DNA from: an uncultured Verrucomicrobiae bacterium | GTDB lineage: Bacteria; Verrucomicrobiota; Verrucomicrobiia; Chthoniobacterales; JAATET01 | Assembly (NCBI GenBank): GCA_963719495.1 | Contig: CAVRCI010000002.1 | Span: 32,001-96,000 of the forward strand | DNA length: 64,000 bases | Direction: 5' to 3' | Shown: in pieces, positions 1 to 11,528 of the stretch | Numbering within the stretch: the stretch's first letter is position 1 | Layout: every line of letters starts with the position of its first letter | The notes under the pieces: model-generated | What the model saw: only the letters and a program-made list of their open reading frames with translations | What the model was told of the DNA's origin: nothing | The model's database searches: none | Position numbers and translations under genes: made by a program

Positions 1-653
1 GACTCATCCATACAGACGAGGGGGAAGCGCGCATCGTAGGGTGCGTGATAGAGTTCGAGAACGTCCTCCATGCAAGCAACGAAAGCGGCGCTGCCGTCTG
101 GAGGGATCTTCCAATATTTGCTCAGATGAGGGCGTAATTCGTTTTTTTTAGAGACCGCTGAATGGTCATCGTCGAAACGCTGGGGGCAATCTTGAGTTCC
201 ACGACTTTGTCGGCGAGAAGACGGACGGTCCACCGGGCGCGTCCATCGGGAGGATCGGAGCACGCCAAGGCGGTCACCCTCGCGTCAAAGGCTCCATCGA
301 AGGTAATCCTCGGAGGACCGGTTCTCGGCTTGCGTCCAAGCGCTGCCTCCAACCCATCCTCCACGAAGCGCTCCTTGATGTGTTCGACGGTGCGAACACC
401 GATTCCCAGAGCGCTGGCGACATCCGCCACCTTCCATGCTACGCCACTCGGCGCGTGCTCGCCAACGTCGCAAAGTAAAAGCGTTCGAGCATGCACATAT
501 CGCCTGGCGTCGGTTTTGGAAGTCCGGCCCAGCGCGCTCAAATACTCACGTTCGGACTCGGTTAAAGTGATGCGGTATCGATTTGCCATCCACCCACATA
601 CCGCTCCGATGAGCGCGACTCAATACGCAATATAGCGCGTTACAGTATACTAG
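1..653 (-). mobile_element. IS630-family element (partial at window edge) inserted in the CTAG of an attC site
   Basis: Near-identical to 37682-38901; end CGTTACAGTATACTAG is followed directly by the attC remainder GGGTTGGCTGCAGCG. Confidence 0.9.
122..589 (-). CDS. IS630 transposase OrfA (HTH); -1 frameshift into OrfB, which runs off the edge
   Basis: Same protein as 37746-38213; RWTVRLLA motif; A8 tract. Confidence 0.9.
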   Translation of the reverse strand: MANRYRITLTESEREYLSALGRTSKTDARRYVHARTLLLCDVGEHAPSGVAWKVADVASALGIGVRTVEHIKERFVEDGLEAALGRKPRTGPPRITFDGAFDARVTALACSDPPDGRARWTVRLLADKVVELKIAPSVSTMTIQRSLKKTNYALI

Positions 654-673
654 GGGTTGGCTGCAGCGCCTTG

Positions 674-1138
674 TTAGGCCGAATTTTCAGCTTCTTCGTT
701 TCGGATTGGGTAGTCTCTCAGAATTCGATTTAATTGAAGCAGTGCGTCATTGAGATATGACTGATCAATATCAAAAAAGAATTTGTGACTTTGAATCAAT
801 GCATCAGGAGTGATTGAGCAAGTCACTTGGATTTGTCCGAGCCGGTTGCAATTGAGTAATACAGTCAAATTTGGTTATATTGTTTGTAAAGCTGCCTTTC
901 CCTCACACGCGCCATTCATAATCTGAGCCCCATTTCGCAGAATTTCAATTTCGTCGATCCGGATAAACGCTCCTTGAATGGAGACAGCCGCTCCCTGATC
1001 TGAGCAATTCGCGATTATATTCAGCCAGTTGCCGTCCCAAAAGTCTGATGAATCGGAAAATTGCCTTCCCGTAATCCATATTTTCAGACGTCCGATTTGA
1101 AAATCAGGGCTTGAGGCTGGAAGCTGACTCATTTTCAC
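674..1138 (-). pseudogene. WapI-like immunity protein with internal stop
   Basis: ORFs 875-1138 and 674-868 are in the same frame, separated by one TAA (875-877); WDGNWL motif. Confidence 0.6.
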
Positions 1139-1476
1139 TTTTATGGCCTAACGTCAAGCTCAGCCACCCTGAGCGGGCAATCGAGCCAACCCCATGGTGA
1201 GCTGCCGATAGGGGGACCGAACAACCCCAGCCAGCGAAGCGGCTAGGGGTTGGCTGCAGCGCCTTGTTCGGCTCATATCTTAACCTCAATGTATGTTCCT
1301 ATGCCGGAGTTTGCGATGGCTTCGTTGATCTCAGTAATTCGTTTTTGTATTCGTGGCCAGCTTGTAGAGAGAAGGACAATGATGGCAATCCGTCTGCTTT
1401 TCAGATTTTGCTGATACTTTAGATTTTGGTCTGTCGTCATGAGGAGATTGTAACCGTCTCTCTCAGCGGCTGAGAT

Positions 1477-2785
1477 GGCTCTTCTGGGTTTACAGTGGGA
1501 AAGTGAAGAGGGTTTGAACGGAGGTGGTGGATGCGGGTAGGAAGGAGGGCGATGAAGGATACAGAGTTTTACACGCAGATCCTGGGATTGAAGAGTCCAT
1601 GGGCGGTTGAAGAGGTGGACTTGGCCGTGAGCGAGAAGCGGGTGGTGGTCCGGCTCGGATATGAGCCGGGGACGTTGTGGGCCAGTGAGGATGGGGAGCA
1701 TCGACTTCCGTGCCACGACCATGTCGAACGCTTCTGGAAGCACATGGATACGTGCGGGTTCGAGACGTTGCTGGCGGCGCGAGTGCCGCGGCTGCGGCTA
1801 CCGGATGGGCGGGTGGAAAGCGTGCCGGTGCCGTGGGCGGGGAAGGGCAGCCGCTTTACGCTGCTCTACGAGCGTTTTGCCATCGAAGTGATCCGAGCGT
1901 GCTCGACGGTGAGTGCGGCGGCACGACTGCTGGGACTGAGCTGGGATCAAGTTCACGGGATCATGCGACGGGCCGTCGAGCGGGGGCTTGAGCGTCGCGA
2001 TCTGAGTGGATTGCGCTACGCCGGACTCGATGAAAAGAGCTTCGGCGGTGGGCAGAGCTACATTTCGCTCATGACTGATCTGGAAGGCAGCCGGGTGCTG
2101 GAAGTCACTGACGGCAACGACAAGCAGAGCGCGGCAGTCCTTTGGCAATGCCTGCCCGAGGATGTCACCGCGGACTTGAAAGCCGTGGCCGCCGACATGA
2201 GCGGGCATTTTGGTGCCAGCGTCGCAGACTACGCCCCGCAGGCTGATCTGGTCCACGACCGCTACCACATCAGCGCCCATCTCAACAAAGCGGTGAGCCA
2301 GGTCGTGCGCGCCGAAAACAAACGCCTGCAAGCCATGGGAGACGAACGCCTCAAAGGCACCCAGCGCCTCTTCGGCTACAACCCCGATCATCTCAGAGAG
2401 GAGGATGTTGCTCGCTTTTCTCAACTGCGTGACTCCGATCTCAAGAGCGCTCGCGCCTGGGCCATCAAGGAAAACCTCCGCCGCTTCTGGAACTTCCGCT
2501 ACGAGGCCAATGCCCGCAAGTTCTTCGCGGCTTGGTATGGCTGGGCTCGCCGCTCCCAGCTTGAACCCATCAAGAAGGTGGCCAAAACCCTCAAAAACCA
2601 CTTTGAGAACATCATCACCTTCCTGCGCCATCGCATCACCAACGCGGCTACCGAAGCTCTCAATTCACGAATCCAATCCCTCAAGTCCGCCGCCCGTGGG
2701 TTCCGTTCCTTCCTCAACTACCGAACCAGAATCCTCTTCTTCCTCGGTAAGCTCGATCTTTTCCCACTGTAATCCCAAAAGAGCC
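1477..2785 (+). mobile_element. ISL3-family element, 1309 bp
   Basis: GGCTCTT...AAGAGCC inverted ends; 8-bp TSD GCTGAGAT at 1469-1476 and 2786-2793. Confidence 0.95.
1531..2772 (+). CDS. ISL3 transposase (likely start 1552)
   Basis: GLDEKSF, DRYH and TNAATEALNSRIQ...ARGFR motifs. Confidence 0.95.
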   Translation: MRVGRRAMKDTEFYTQILGLKSPWAVEEVDLAVSEKRVVVRLGYEPGTLWASEDGEHRLPCHDHVERFWKHMDTCGFETLLAARVPRLRLPDGRVESVPVPWAGKGSRFTLLYERFAIEVIRACSTVSAAARLLGLSWDQVHGIMRRAVERGLERRDLSGLRYAGLDEKSFGGGQSYISLMTDLEGSRVLEVTDGNDKQSAAVLWQCLPEDVTADLKAVAADMSGHFGASVADYAPQADLVHDRYHISAHLNKAVSQVVRAENKRLQAMGDERLKGTQRLFGYNPDHLREEDVARFSQLRDSDLKSARAWAIKENLRRFWNFRYEANARKFFAAWYGWARRSQLEPIKKVAKTLKNHFENIITFLRHRITNAATEALNSRIQSLKSAARGFRSFLNYRTRILFFLGKLDLFPL

Positions 2786-2911
2786 GCTGAGATCAGGGTG
2801 CCATTCTCAAGCTGATTCCAACTGATCTGATAGACTGTCGTGACAGTGTGTCCGGGAAGATGCTTTCGAAGTGGGACTGGCGCTCCCTGATCGAAAAGAA
2901 TTCGCATTCAA

Positions 2912-3139
2912 TTACGCTGGCTCAGACTCCAATAGGCTGTTCTCTGTAAACTCAAGAACTCCATCTACCTGATGCCGGGACACACCGGGAAACCAATCCA
3001 GAAAATCAGTGATTGTTGCTCCGTCTTCGATGTTCTGAAACAGAGCCACCACCGGAACCCGCGTGTTGGAAAAAACCCAAGTTCCGCTTACTTTCGTGGG
3101 TGAACGCTCTACTACGGGACATGTTGACCAATCGATCAT
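2912..3139 (-). CDS. DUF433 antitoxin
   Basis: VSGTWVFSNTRVPV...DFLDWFPGV pattern, directly upstream of a PIN-like gene. Confidence 0.85.
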   Translation of the reverse strand: MIDWSTCPVVERSPTKVSGTWVFSNTRVPVVALFQNIEDGATITDFLDWFPGVSRHQVDGVLEFTENSLLESEPA

Positions 3140-3195
3140 GGAAGAAACGGTAGATCAGTAGTTTGACTGGCGCAATTCCGGATTCACAAGCCGAA

Positions 3196-3589
3196 CGTCA
3201 AGCTCAGCCACCCTGAGCGGGAATCAAGCCAACCCTGAGGTGAGCTGCCGATAGCGGGTCCGCGCAACCCCCGCCGCGAAGCGGCTAGGGGTTGGCTGCA
3301 GCGCCTTGTTCGGATCCGCCCGCCCGTGGTCCGGTCAGATGGTCAATCTACAGCCTTGCTCATTGCAATGCCGACTGATGATCAAACCATACCAGCGAGT
3401 CAAGCTAATCCGGTTTGGTTCTGAAATAGGCGCTGAATATGCTGTGCGAAAATAGCTTGGTTTGGGCGTCCAAATACGGAAATCAGCCTCGTTATGGACA
3501 ACTTCCAAATACCCCAATTTTATACAAAGCAAATTACGAACGATGTTATTTGAAATTTGGGCTTCGAGAAAATGGGGCATAGGTCCGAA
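3196..3589 (-). other. Gene-less/degenerate cassette, family C
   Basis: Homologous to the copies at 7401, 27447, 40411 and 55043; stop positions differ among copies. Confidence 0.75.
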
Positions 3590-3985
3590 CGTCAAGCTCA
3601 TCCACCCTGAACGGGTGTCAGAACTGCGCAACGCAGTTGCGCCACGAAGCGGATACAAGTTTGATGTGACAGCAAGAGGTTAGGGGTTGGCTGCAGCGCC
3701 TTGTTCGGATCCGCTCGTTCGTGGTCCCGAAGGTCGTGTCTTCCACTGCCTGACACTTGTTCCGTTGGAACGGAGAAACTCTTGAAATCGCTTGTTGGTG
3801 ATCATGGCTGATTACGAACTACAGAAGTGCTTCCGTGGTCCGGTCCTTTGATGAAGTGAACGTGGCCTTCCGCAAAGTGAATCTTGAGACGAAGGCGAGC
3901 GCATACGCCAAATTCAGATTCAAGCGTAGGAGAGTTAAGTTGTTGGTCCGGTCCGACGTGAAGAAACGCTGAGAATAGGTCCGAA
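3590..3985 (-). other. Gene-less cassette C' (shares ends with family C)
   Basis: Starts GTTCGGACCTAT, ends GGATCCGAAC; no credible ORF. Confidence 0.6.
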
Positions 3986-4450
3986 CGTCAAGCTCAGCCA
4001 CCCTGAGCGGGGCAACGAACGTCTAGGAAAGGTGTTTGCGGGAAGGGGATCGGTCGGCCAAGGCTTGCCTCAGGCCGGCTAGGGGTTGGCTGCAGCGCCT
4101 TGTTCGTCGGAAGAGGTGACTGCACAATGGAGGACCCGATCGTCCGACAGGTCGACGATGGTCAAACCCAGCAAGCGGCTTCGTTAGAGCATTCAGTAGA
4201 AGAAACTTCCGAGGTCCAGATTGACTCCGCATTATTAATATATTGCTCACGACAGGAGCCGGGCGTAACGGATTTTGGATTGATCTACTCTTGCCGCGTG
4301 AGCGCCCCATGAGTACATGGCAGGGGAATAACCGTTGGCGTCGAATCGGGAAAGATCAATGGAAAACCAGAATCGTGCTCAATCGTATGCCGAAGGGAAT
4401 CGAGCAACCCTGAACTTGCCCTTGATCTCAACTTCAATAAATCAGGCGAA
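3986..4450 (-). other. Gene-less cassette, family A
   Basis: One of 12 copies of ~465 bp carrying a family-specific attC variant. Confidence 0.8.
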
Positions 4451-4565
4451 CGTCAAGCTCAGCCACCCTGAGCGGGCAATCAAACCAACCCTGAGGTGAG
4501 TTGCCAATAGCGGGACCGAGCAACCCCAGCCAGCGAAGCGGCTAGGGGTTGGCTGCAGCGCCTTG

Positions 4566-4871
4566 TTAGCCCTGTATTCTTCCTGAGCGCTTGATCCAAT
4601 ACTCAGGTTTTCGAGATGCATGAGCGACCGCGAGAATCCAAAGAGTATCCTTTCTGACGATGTATGGGATGTAGTATGGAAATCGTTTAAAGTTTATTCT
4701 TCGATGACCGGACGCTCGAACGCTCAAGAGATCTGGTCGGTCGGATATCCACCTGATGCAGTCATCTGCCTCGTTCCTGAAGCGCCGACCGAGATCAACG
4801 GTGATACCAGAATAGTAGGTGATTGCAGAGAGGAACTCTTTCTCGGCCTCTTCGATGAAGACGACCGTCAC
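4566..4871 (-). CDS. RelE/ParE-family toxin
   Basis: RRINFKRFPYYIPY...LAVAHASRKPEYW. Confidence 0.85.
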   Translation of the reverse strand: MTVVFIEEAEKEFLSAITYYSGITVDLGRRFRNEADDCIRWISDRPDLLSVRASGHRRINFKRFPYYIPYIVRKDTLWILAVAHASRKPEYWIKRSGRIQG

Positions 4872-5101
4872 CGTTCTAAGATCGAGTCTGCCTTGGCTAG
4901 CACATGTTCATATGCGACAGGGATGGCTGATCCAGAATCGACGGCCTGTATACGCGCGCTGATCTCGCGATCCCAGGCCGACTCTGCAGAAGGACCGTCA
5001 CATGAATCCTCTAAATCGAGTAAAAACGAGGCGAGTGTCAGCCTCTGACGGTGCGAAAGCTGAAGAGCTTCTTGCGTCAAGTGTTCAAGTGCCATTGCCA
5101 T
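4868..5101 (-). CDS. Addiction-module antitoxin
   Basis: ALQLSHRQRLTLA...AWDREISAR; 4-bp overlap with the toxin gene. Confidence 0.8.
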   Translation of the reverse strand: MAMALEHLTQEALQLSHRQRLTLASFLLDLEDSCDGPSAESAWDREISARIQAVDSGSAIPVAYEHVLAKADSILER

Positions 5102-5156
5102 ACAGGAGTTTCGACCGGAGCGGGGCTTGTGGTCAACTTGTATTTCATGGGGCTAA

Positions 5157-5621
5157 CGTCAAGCTCAGCCACCCTGAGCGGAGCAACGAACGTCCAGGCA
5201 AGGTGTTTGCTGGAGGGGGATCGGTCGGCCAAGGCTTGCCTCAGGCCGGCTAGGGGTTGGCTGCAGCGCCTTGTTCGTCGGAAACGGTGACTGCACAATG
5301 GAGGACCAGAGCGTCCGACAGGCTGAGGATGATCAAATCCAGCAAACGGCTTCGTTAGAGCATTCAGTAGAAGATGCTTCTGAGGTCCAGATTGACTCCG
5401 CATTATAAATATATTGCTCGTGATAGGAGCAGGCCGGAACGGAATTTGGATGGATCTACTCATGCCGCGTGAGCGCCCCAAGCGTGCATGGCAGGCGAAT
5501 AATTCTTTGCGTCGAATCGGGAGTGATCAATGGAAAACCAGAATCGTGCTCAATCGTATGCCGAAGTGAATCGAGCAAATCTGAAATTTTCCTTGATCTA
5601 AACCCCAATATATCAGGCGAA
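5157..5621 (-). other. Gene-less cassette, family A
   Basis: Repeat copy. Confidence 0.8.
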
Positions 5622-6019
5622 CGTCAAGTTCAGCCACCCTGAGCGGGGCAACGAACGTCTAGGCAAGATGTTTGCTGGAAGGGGGATCGGTCGGCCAAGG
5701 CTTGCCGGTGATCGGCTAGGGGTTGGCTGCAGCGCCCTGGTCGTCGTGACGGGTCGCAGCGGAAGTGGCAATCAATAGCGTCCGGCAGGAACACGATACG
5801 GAAGTCGGGAAGAGCGCGATTTGCTGTAGGAGGTCCGAGTCACTGAGGGCATGCACATATCTCCTCGTGATGGCGAAAGCGTGGCCGAAAATGACAGACA
5901 AACGAGATTACCAGGAAAGCAGAGGGATGCGGAACGATTAGGAGATGATGAGAACGATACTCGGACGAATAAAATAGTAAGGTCCTAAACCGGGCGTTCA
6001 AATCAATATATTAGGCGAC
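5622..6019 (-). other. Gene-less cassette, family B (GGT/ACC core, chimeric attC)
   Basis: Starts G|GTCGCC with R'' GACGACC; near-identical to 45361-45758. Confidence 0.8.
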
Positions 6020-6141
6020 CGTCAAGCTCAGCTACCCTGAGCGGACGACCAAGCCAACCCTAAGGTGAGCTGCCGATAGCGGGTTCGAGCAACCCCAGCC
6101 AGCGAAGCGGCTAGGGGTTGGCTGCAGCGCCTTGTTCGGTC

Positions 6142-6438
6142 TCACTTCACCCGCTTTCTCCAGTAACCAGGTTCACGACTGAGGTGCATGACAGCCCAGA
6201 TTACAACTTGAGACGGTTCAACCGTATAGTAGATTCCATAGGGAAATCGGCGTATGAGGTATCGCCTAACATCGTCTTCCGCAATTGGCCAAGTCATCGG
6301 TCGAAGGCGAATGTCAGCAATACCCTTTTCGATCTGCTCGACGAAGGCCAAACCGAGACTGTCGGTGACTCCAGAATAATACCGGATGGCGTTCGTATAC
6401 TCTCGCTTCGCCGCAGGGTGGAAACTGAACCCTGTCAC
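6142..6438 (-). CDS. RelE/ParE-family toxin
   Basis: RRYLIRRFPYGIYY...AVMHLSREPGYW. Confidence 0.85.
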   Translation of the reverse strand: MTGFSFHPAAKREYTNAIRYYSGVTDSLGLAFVEQIEKGIADIRLRPMTWPIAEDDVRRYLIRRFPYGIYYTVEPSQVVIWAVMHLSREPGYWRKRVK

Positions 6439-6671
6439 CGGGCGATGGTCACCTTGCGGGCGTCTTGTAGCACTTCTTCGCCAGGTAGAAGTTGGACGGT
6501 GCCACTGTCGACCTCCGCTCGACGGGACTTGATCTCGTCAAGGTGTCGGCGCTCCAGTGATGGATCAATATCCGTTGCGATGCTCTGAACGATTCTGTCA
6601 ACCAAGTCGGACCTCATCGAAGGAGAAAGCTCAAGCGACTTCGTCAGGATTTCATCAGCGGTGATTGTCAT
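6435..6671 (-). CDS. Addiction-module antitoxin
   Basis: MTITADEIL...EIKSRRAEV; ATGA overlap with the toxin gene. Confidence 0.8.
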   Translation of the reverse strand: MTITADEILTKSLELSPSMRSDLVDRIVQSIATDIDPSLERRHLDEIKSRRAEVDSGTVQLLPGEEVLQDARKVTIAR

Positions 6672-6839
6672 GCTGCTAGAGTAATTCTTGCGCTTGGTGT
6701 TGGCAATCGAATCATTGGACCGAACGTCAAGCTCAGCCACCCTGAGCGGGCAACCGAGCCAACCCCAAGGTGAGCTGCCAATGGCGGGACCGAGCAACCC
6801 CAGCCAGCGAAGCGGCTAGGGGTTGGCTGCAGCGCCTTG

Positions 6840-7157
6840 TTAGGGCTGTATTTTTATGTAGCCTCCGGGTTCAGAGTCATGAACAGCAGAGACAATCCGA
6901 TCAATATATCTTGGAATGTCCTTTTTCTGAATGAGGGGGATCTCAACAATCGAGATCTTGCGTCCCAATAGGTTCTGCTGATAGCGCAATTTGGAGTCAG
7001 CCGTGACGAAAACGTCATATTGAGAATCGATCAGTTGGATCAATTGCCCATTTTGAACTCCCGCCCAGCCCTTGAAGTAGACGGTGACAACTGTGAACTC
7101 TTTGAGAAAATGGCGAAGAACTACAGGAAGGTTCTCGTCAAGAATTACTGTCTTCAC
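6840..7157 (-). CDS. DUF5615/VapC45-like PIN toxin
   Basis: VILDENLP...FVTADSKLRYQQNL. Confidence 0.8.
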   Translation of the reverse strand: MKTVILDENLPVVLRHFLKEFTVVTVYFKGWAGVQNGQLIQLIDSQYDVFVTADSKLRYQQNLLGRKISIVEIPLIQKKDIPRYIDRIVSAVHDSEPGGYIKIQP

Positions 7158-7350
7158 GAGTCATTTCTAAAAATTGAATAGCTTGCTCCCTTTCCACAGA
7201 TGGGAAGTCTTCTAGAAACTCGTCAATTGAGTTTCCCGAGTTGATATAGTCCAGCAGACTCTGAGCAAACACTCTTGTGTTTCGAAACACTAATGCTCCG
7301 CTTACAATGCGAGGGTCAGAATGAACTGGACTGTGTTCGATTGCTGTCAT
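7138..7350 (-). CDS. DUF433 antitoxin
   Basis: DPRIVSGALVFRNTRV...EFLEDFPSV. Confidence 0.85.
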   Translation of the reverse strand: MTAIEHSPVHSDPRIVSGALVFRNTRVFAQSLLDYINSGNSIDEFLEDFPSVEREQAIQFLEMTREDSNS

Positions 7351-7400
7351 TCGAGAAGGTTATCGGCGATGCGTTGTTTTGCAACTGTATTGAGCCCTAA

Positions 7401-7797
7401 CGTCAAGCTCAGCCACCCTGAGCGGGCAATCAAGCCAACCCTGAGGTGAACTGCCGATAGTGGGTCCGAGCAACCCCAGCCAGCGAAGCGGCTAGGGGTT
7501 GGCTGCAGCGCCTTGTTCGGATCCGCCCGCCCGTGGTCCGGTCCGATGGTCAATCTAAAGCCTTGCTCATTGCCATGCCGACTGATGATCAAACCATATC
7601 AGCAAGTCAAACTGATCCGGTTAGGTTCGAAAATAGGCACTGAATATGCTGTGCGAAAATAGCTTGATTTGGGCTTCCAGATAGGGAAATCAACCTCATT
7701 GTGGACAACATCCAAATACGCCAATTTTATACAAAGCAAATTACGAACGATGTTGTTTGCAATTTGGGCGTTGAGAAACTGGGGCATAGGTCCGAAC
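7401..7797 (-). other. Gene-less/degenerate cassette, family C
   Basis: Repeat copy. Confidence 0.75.
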
Positions 7798-7912
7798 CGT
7801 CAAGCTCAGCCACCCTGAGCGGGCAATCAAGCCAACCCCGAGGTGAGCTGCCGGTAGCGGGTCCGAGCAACCCCAGCCAGCGAAGCGGCTAGGGGTTGGC
7901 TGCAGCGCCTTG

Positions 7913-8101
7913 TTAGGCTTTCACGGATCGATCAACAATGGGATGTCCCAAAAGAGCCTGACGCTGACGAGCATCACGGACCATTGCATCTATGTCGAAT
8001 GAGAACTGTTTCAAGAGCTTGAGTTTTGCCTGGCGGACCTCAGCCATTACGGGATCAAGTGGCTTCTTGTGAATCGTCTTATGCGTCAGTGTCTTCTTCA
8101 T
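7913..8101 (-). CDS. Small protein, probable antitoxin partner of the PIN gene
   Basis: DPVMAEVRQAK...FSFDIDAM; overlaps the 3' end of the PIN gene. Confidence 0.6.
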   Translation of the reverse strand: MKKTLTHKTIHKKPLDPVMAEVRQAKLKLLKQFSFDIDAMVRDARQRQALLGHPIVDRSVKA

Positions 8102-8570
8102 CGATGTAGAACTGTTGAGGTGTGCATGTAACTGGAAGATGCACCTGAAAATCAGAAAAGCAACGCTGTAATCTTTCGGATATGAATGGATTCGCAATAT
8201 GCTTGCAGTTCCAAGTCAGCAAGAAATTTATCTGATGGATGCCCGCGACGGCTAAGTGAACCGCGTCTCGCCCCGCAATGTCGGGAAGAATACCTTTCAC
8301 GATCAAAGCTTTCGCTAGCTCTGTTACGTCATCGGTAAGATCGAGAAGAGATATGCCATTAAGCAAATTTATGCGCTCTGCAGCTTTGATGGGATCACCC
8401 TGCGAAGCTTCGGCGATCACCAGCTGAGATGTGTAGAGGTCAAACTGATCTCTCTGATTATCCCACCATTGGCGGGTCAACTCCTGACGTGCAAGTAGAA
8501 GCACATTTTGAGAAGGCTTCGATGTGTAATAGCTTGGAATCGTAGTCTCGATGAAAAGTGTAATGCCCAT
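8079..8570 (-). CDS. PIN-domain (VapC-like) protein
   Basis: FIETTIPSY...DAVHLAVA...LLTWNCKHIAN. Confidence 0.85.
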   Translation of the reverse strand: MGITLFIETTIPSYYTSKPSQNVLLLARQELTRQWWDNQRDQFDLYTSQLVIAEASQGDPIKAAERINLLNGISLLDLTDDVTELAKALIVKGILPDIAGRDAVHLAVAGIHQINFLLTWNCKHIANPFISERLQRCFSDFQVHLPVTCTPQQFYIDEEDTDA

Positions 8571-8620
8571 GTCGACAAACTTGATCCACATGTCGCCCGA
8601 GTTCAAGCTCTCTAGCCGAA

Positions 8621-9552
8621 CGTCAAGCTCAGCCACCCTGAGCGGGGCAACGAACGTCTAGGAAAGGTGTTTGCGGGAAGGGGATCGGTCGGCCAAGGCT
8701 TGCCTCAGGCCGGCTGGGGGTTGGCTGCAGCGCCTTGTTCGTCGGAAGAGGTGACTGCACAATGGAGGACCCGATCGTCCGACAGGCCGACGATGGTCAA
8801 ACCCAGCAAGCGGCTTCGTTAGAGCATTCAGTAGAAGAGGCTTCTGTGGTCCAGATTGACTACGCAGTATAAATATATATTGCTCGCGACAAGAGCAGGC
8901 CGGAACGGATTCTGGATGGATCTACTCATGCCGCGTGAGCGCCCCAAGCGTGCATGGCAGGCGAATAATCGTTGGCGTCGAATCGGGAGTGATCAATGGA
9001 AAACCAGAATCGTGCTCAATCGTATGCTGAAGGGAATCGAGCAACTCTGAACTTTCCCTTGATCTCAACTCCAATAGATCAGGCGAACGTCAAGCTCAGC
9101 CACCCTGAGCGGGGCAACGAACGTCTAGGCAAGGTGTTTGCGGGAAGGGGATCGTTCGGCCAAGGCTTGCCGCTGGTCGGCTAGGGGTTGGCTGCAGCGC
9201 CTTGTTCGTCGGAAACGGTGACTGCACAATGGAGGAGCCGAGCGTCCGACAGGCTGACGATGGTCAATTCCAGCAAGCGGCTTCGTCAGAGCATTCAGTA
9301 GAAAATGCCTCTGTGGTCCAGATCGACTCCGCATTATAAATATACTGCTCGTGACAAGAGCAGGGCGGAACGGATCGTGGATGGATCTACTCTTGCCGCG
9401 TGAGCGCCCCAAGCGTGCATGGCAGGCGAATAACCGTTGGCGTCGAATCGGGAGTGATCAATGGAAAACCAGAATCGTGCTCAATCGTATGCGGAAGGGA
9501 ATCGAGCAACTCTGAACTTTCCCTTGATCTCAACCCCAATAGATCAGGCGAA
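8621..9552 (-). other. Two tandem gene-less family A cassettes (8621-9087, 9088-9552)
   Basis: Two non-identical repeat copies. Confidence 0.8.
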
Positions 9553-10118
9553 CGTCAAGCTCAGCCACCCTGAGCGGGCAACCGAGCCAACCCCCAGGTG
9601 AGCTGCCAATGGCGGGACCGAGCAACCCCAGCCAGCGAAGCGGCTAGGGGTTGGCTGCAGCGCCTTGTTCGGGCCTTCAGTGCACAAGTTTCTGTAGGAG
9701 ATCTTATCATGTTCCCAGCATTGGCTAAGAATGAATCTAAAAAGAAAGAGCTAATAGTATCCGAACACTATAATTTCTGATTGATGGATGTGCCGCACTT
9801 CTTACGGTTTTAATGCGCGGACGAGGAATACGATAAACAGAATCCAGAACGGAAATGACAGCAACAGAAGAAATGGCCAGATGTATGGCCACGACATCGC
9901 AAACAAAGTAGTGGATAGCGCTAGTATTCCGAAAGTGACCGCGCCGATCGATTTCATCGGATACTTCGGCATAGGAACCGATTTGAATTCTTGGTGCCAG
10001 CAGCAAAAGACGGACCACCAAATACGGACTCAACAAGTTTCAGCAAGGCAGTAGTCATGGCTTAGAAACTGGCGGGTCACAATGAAAGCGCTCATGAAGT
10101 CAGGATTCAGTGCCCGAC
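9553..10118 (-). other. Cassette without a convincing ORF
   Basis: Bounded by attC sites; only short or weak ORFs on either strand. Confidence 0.5.
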
Positions 10119-10583
10119 CGTCAAGCTCAGCCACCCTGAGCGGGGCAACGAACGTCTAGGAAAGGTGTTTGCGGGAAGGGGATCGGTCGGCCAAGGCTTG
10201 CCTCAGGCCGGCTAGGGGTTGGCTGCAGCGCCTTGTTCGTCGGAAGAGGTGACTGCACGATGGAGGACCCGATCGTCCGACAGGCCGACGATGGTCAAAC
10301 CCAGCAAGCGGCTTCGTTAGAGCATTCAGTAGAAGATGCTTCTGTGGTCCAGATTGACTCCGCAGTATAAATATATTGTTCGTGACACGAGAAGTGCGGA
10401 ACGGATTCTAGATGGATCTACTCATGCCGCGTGAGCGCCCCAAGCGTGCATGGCAGGCGAATAATTCTTGGGGTCGAATCGGGAGTGATCAATGGAAAAC
10501 CAGAATCGTGCTCAATCGTATGCCGAAGGGAATCGAGCAAATCTGAACTTTTCCTTGATCTAAACTCCAATAAATCAGTCTAA
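10119..10583 (-). other. Gene-less cassette, family A
   Basis: Repeat copy. Confidence 0.8.
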
Positions 10584-11263
10584 CGTCAAGCTCAGCCACC
10601 CTGAACGGGAGTTCGGATTTGACTGGTGATCATCTGCCCGTGGCGGGTGGCGCAACCCGGCCGCGAAGCGGCTAAGGGTTGGCTGCAGCGCCTTGTTCGG
10701 CCAGAAACGCCCAAGCAACGAAGGACTCCGCTATCTCGATGCCAACCCGTCTGTATTGATTGCATAGTTTCTCTATATCCAATTGCAATTGACGCGGAAT
10801 GGGGAAGTGGCTGATGGAGGAAAATGGTCTAGGAATGGAATCGACAGTCGGTAGTAGGAGAGGGGAATGCCGGTCTTGAAGAAGCGGCTCACATCAAAAG
10901 TGATTGGCAGTAACATCCATTGTTGGACATTCGATCAGGTCTTTCATCAACGAATCGACTTGCGAGATTTGAAACCGTAATTATGCGGAAGAATGTTCAC
11001 CCCGGGCTGATCGCTCCATGTTGGTATGAAATCACCGTGCTATTGCAATAGTGTTGATCAGGCAAAAATATTTTTTTTCGCTCCGCGAAAAGAGATGAGG
11101 AGAATGCTGGATGCTGGTTGAAAGTAATAACTGAATTCCCGCACGAACTTCCGAATACTCGAACACCCTGATCTACAGCATATTTTTTTAGATCGCCGTG
11201 CCGAGATGGTGTTGAAAGACAAGTGGCTCAGAATAGTTCATCCGCCGGAGGCTGCATGCCGGA
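10584..11263 (-). other. Gene-less cassette (single copy) carrying the 16-bp leader motif
   Basis: No ORF of 60 aa or more on the cassette strand; motif at 11238-11253. Confidence 0.65.
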
Positions 11264-11528
11264 CGTCAAGCTCAGCCACCCTGAACGGGAGTCCGAATTT
11301 GTCTGGTGATCTTCTGGAAGTTGAGGGTCCGCGCAACCCCAAGAGCGAAGCGGCTAGGGGTTGGCTGCAGCGCTTTGTTAGCCTGTATTTTTACCTTAGA
11401 CAATTTAAGAGATTCTGAAAAAAGCGAGGGAATACTGTGTTGTGAGGGTGCAGGACAAAAATCTCTGAAAAAGCATTTGAGCGAGGTATTTTTACTGCCA
11501 AAGTATATGCGTTTACATATACGTTTGA

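Larger units (their letters stand above)
1273..2907 (-). pseudogene. DUF5615/VapC45-like PIN toxin interrupted by ISL3
   Basis: MRILFDQGAP...LISA joins in frame with AERDGYNLLMTTDQNLKYQQNL once the IS and one TSD are removed. Confidence 0.85.

Noticed and set aside
3314..3580. Canonical promoter in family C around TTTGTATAAAAT
   Set aside because: A -10-like hexamer is present, but I found no properly spaced -35 or extended -10
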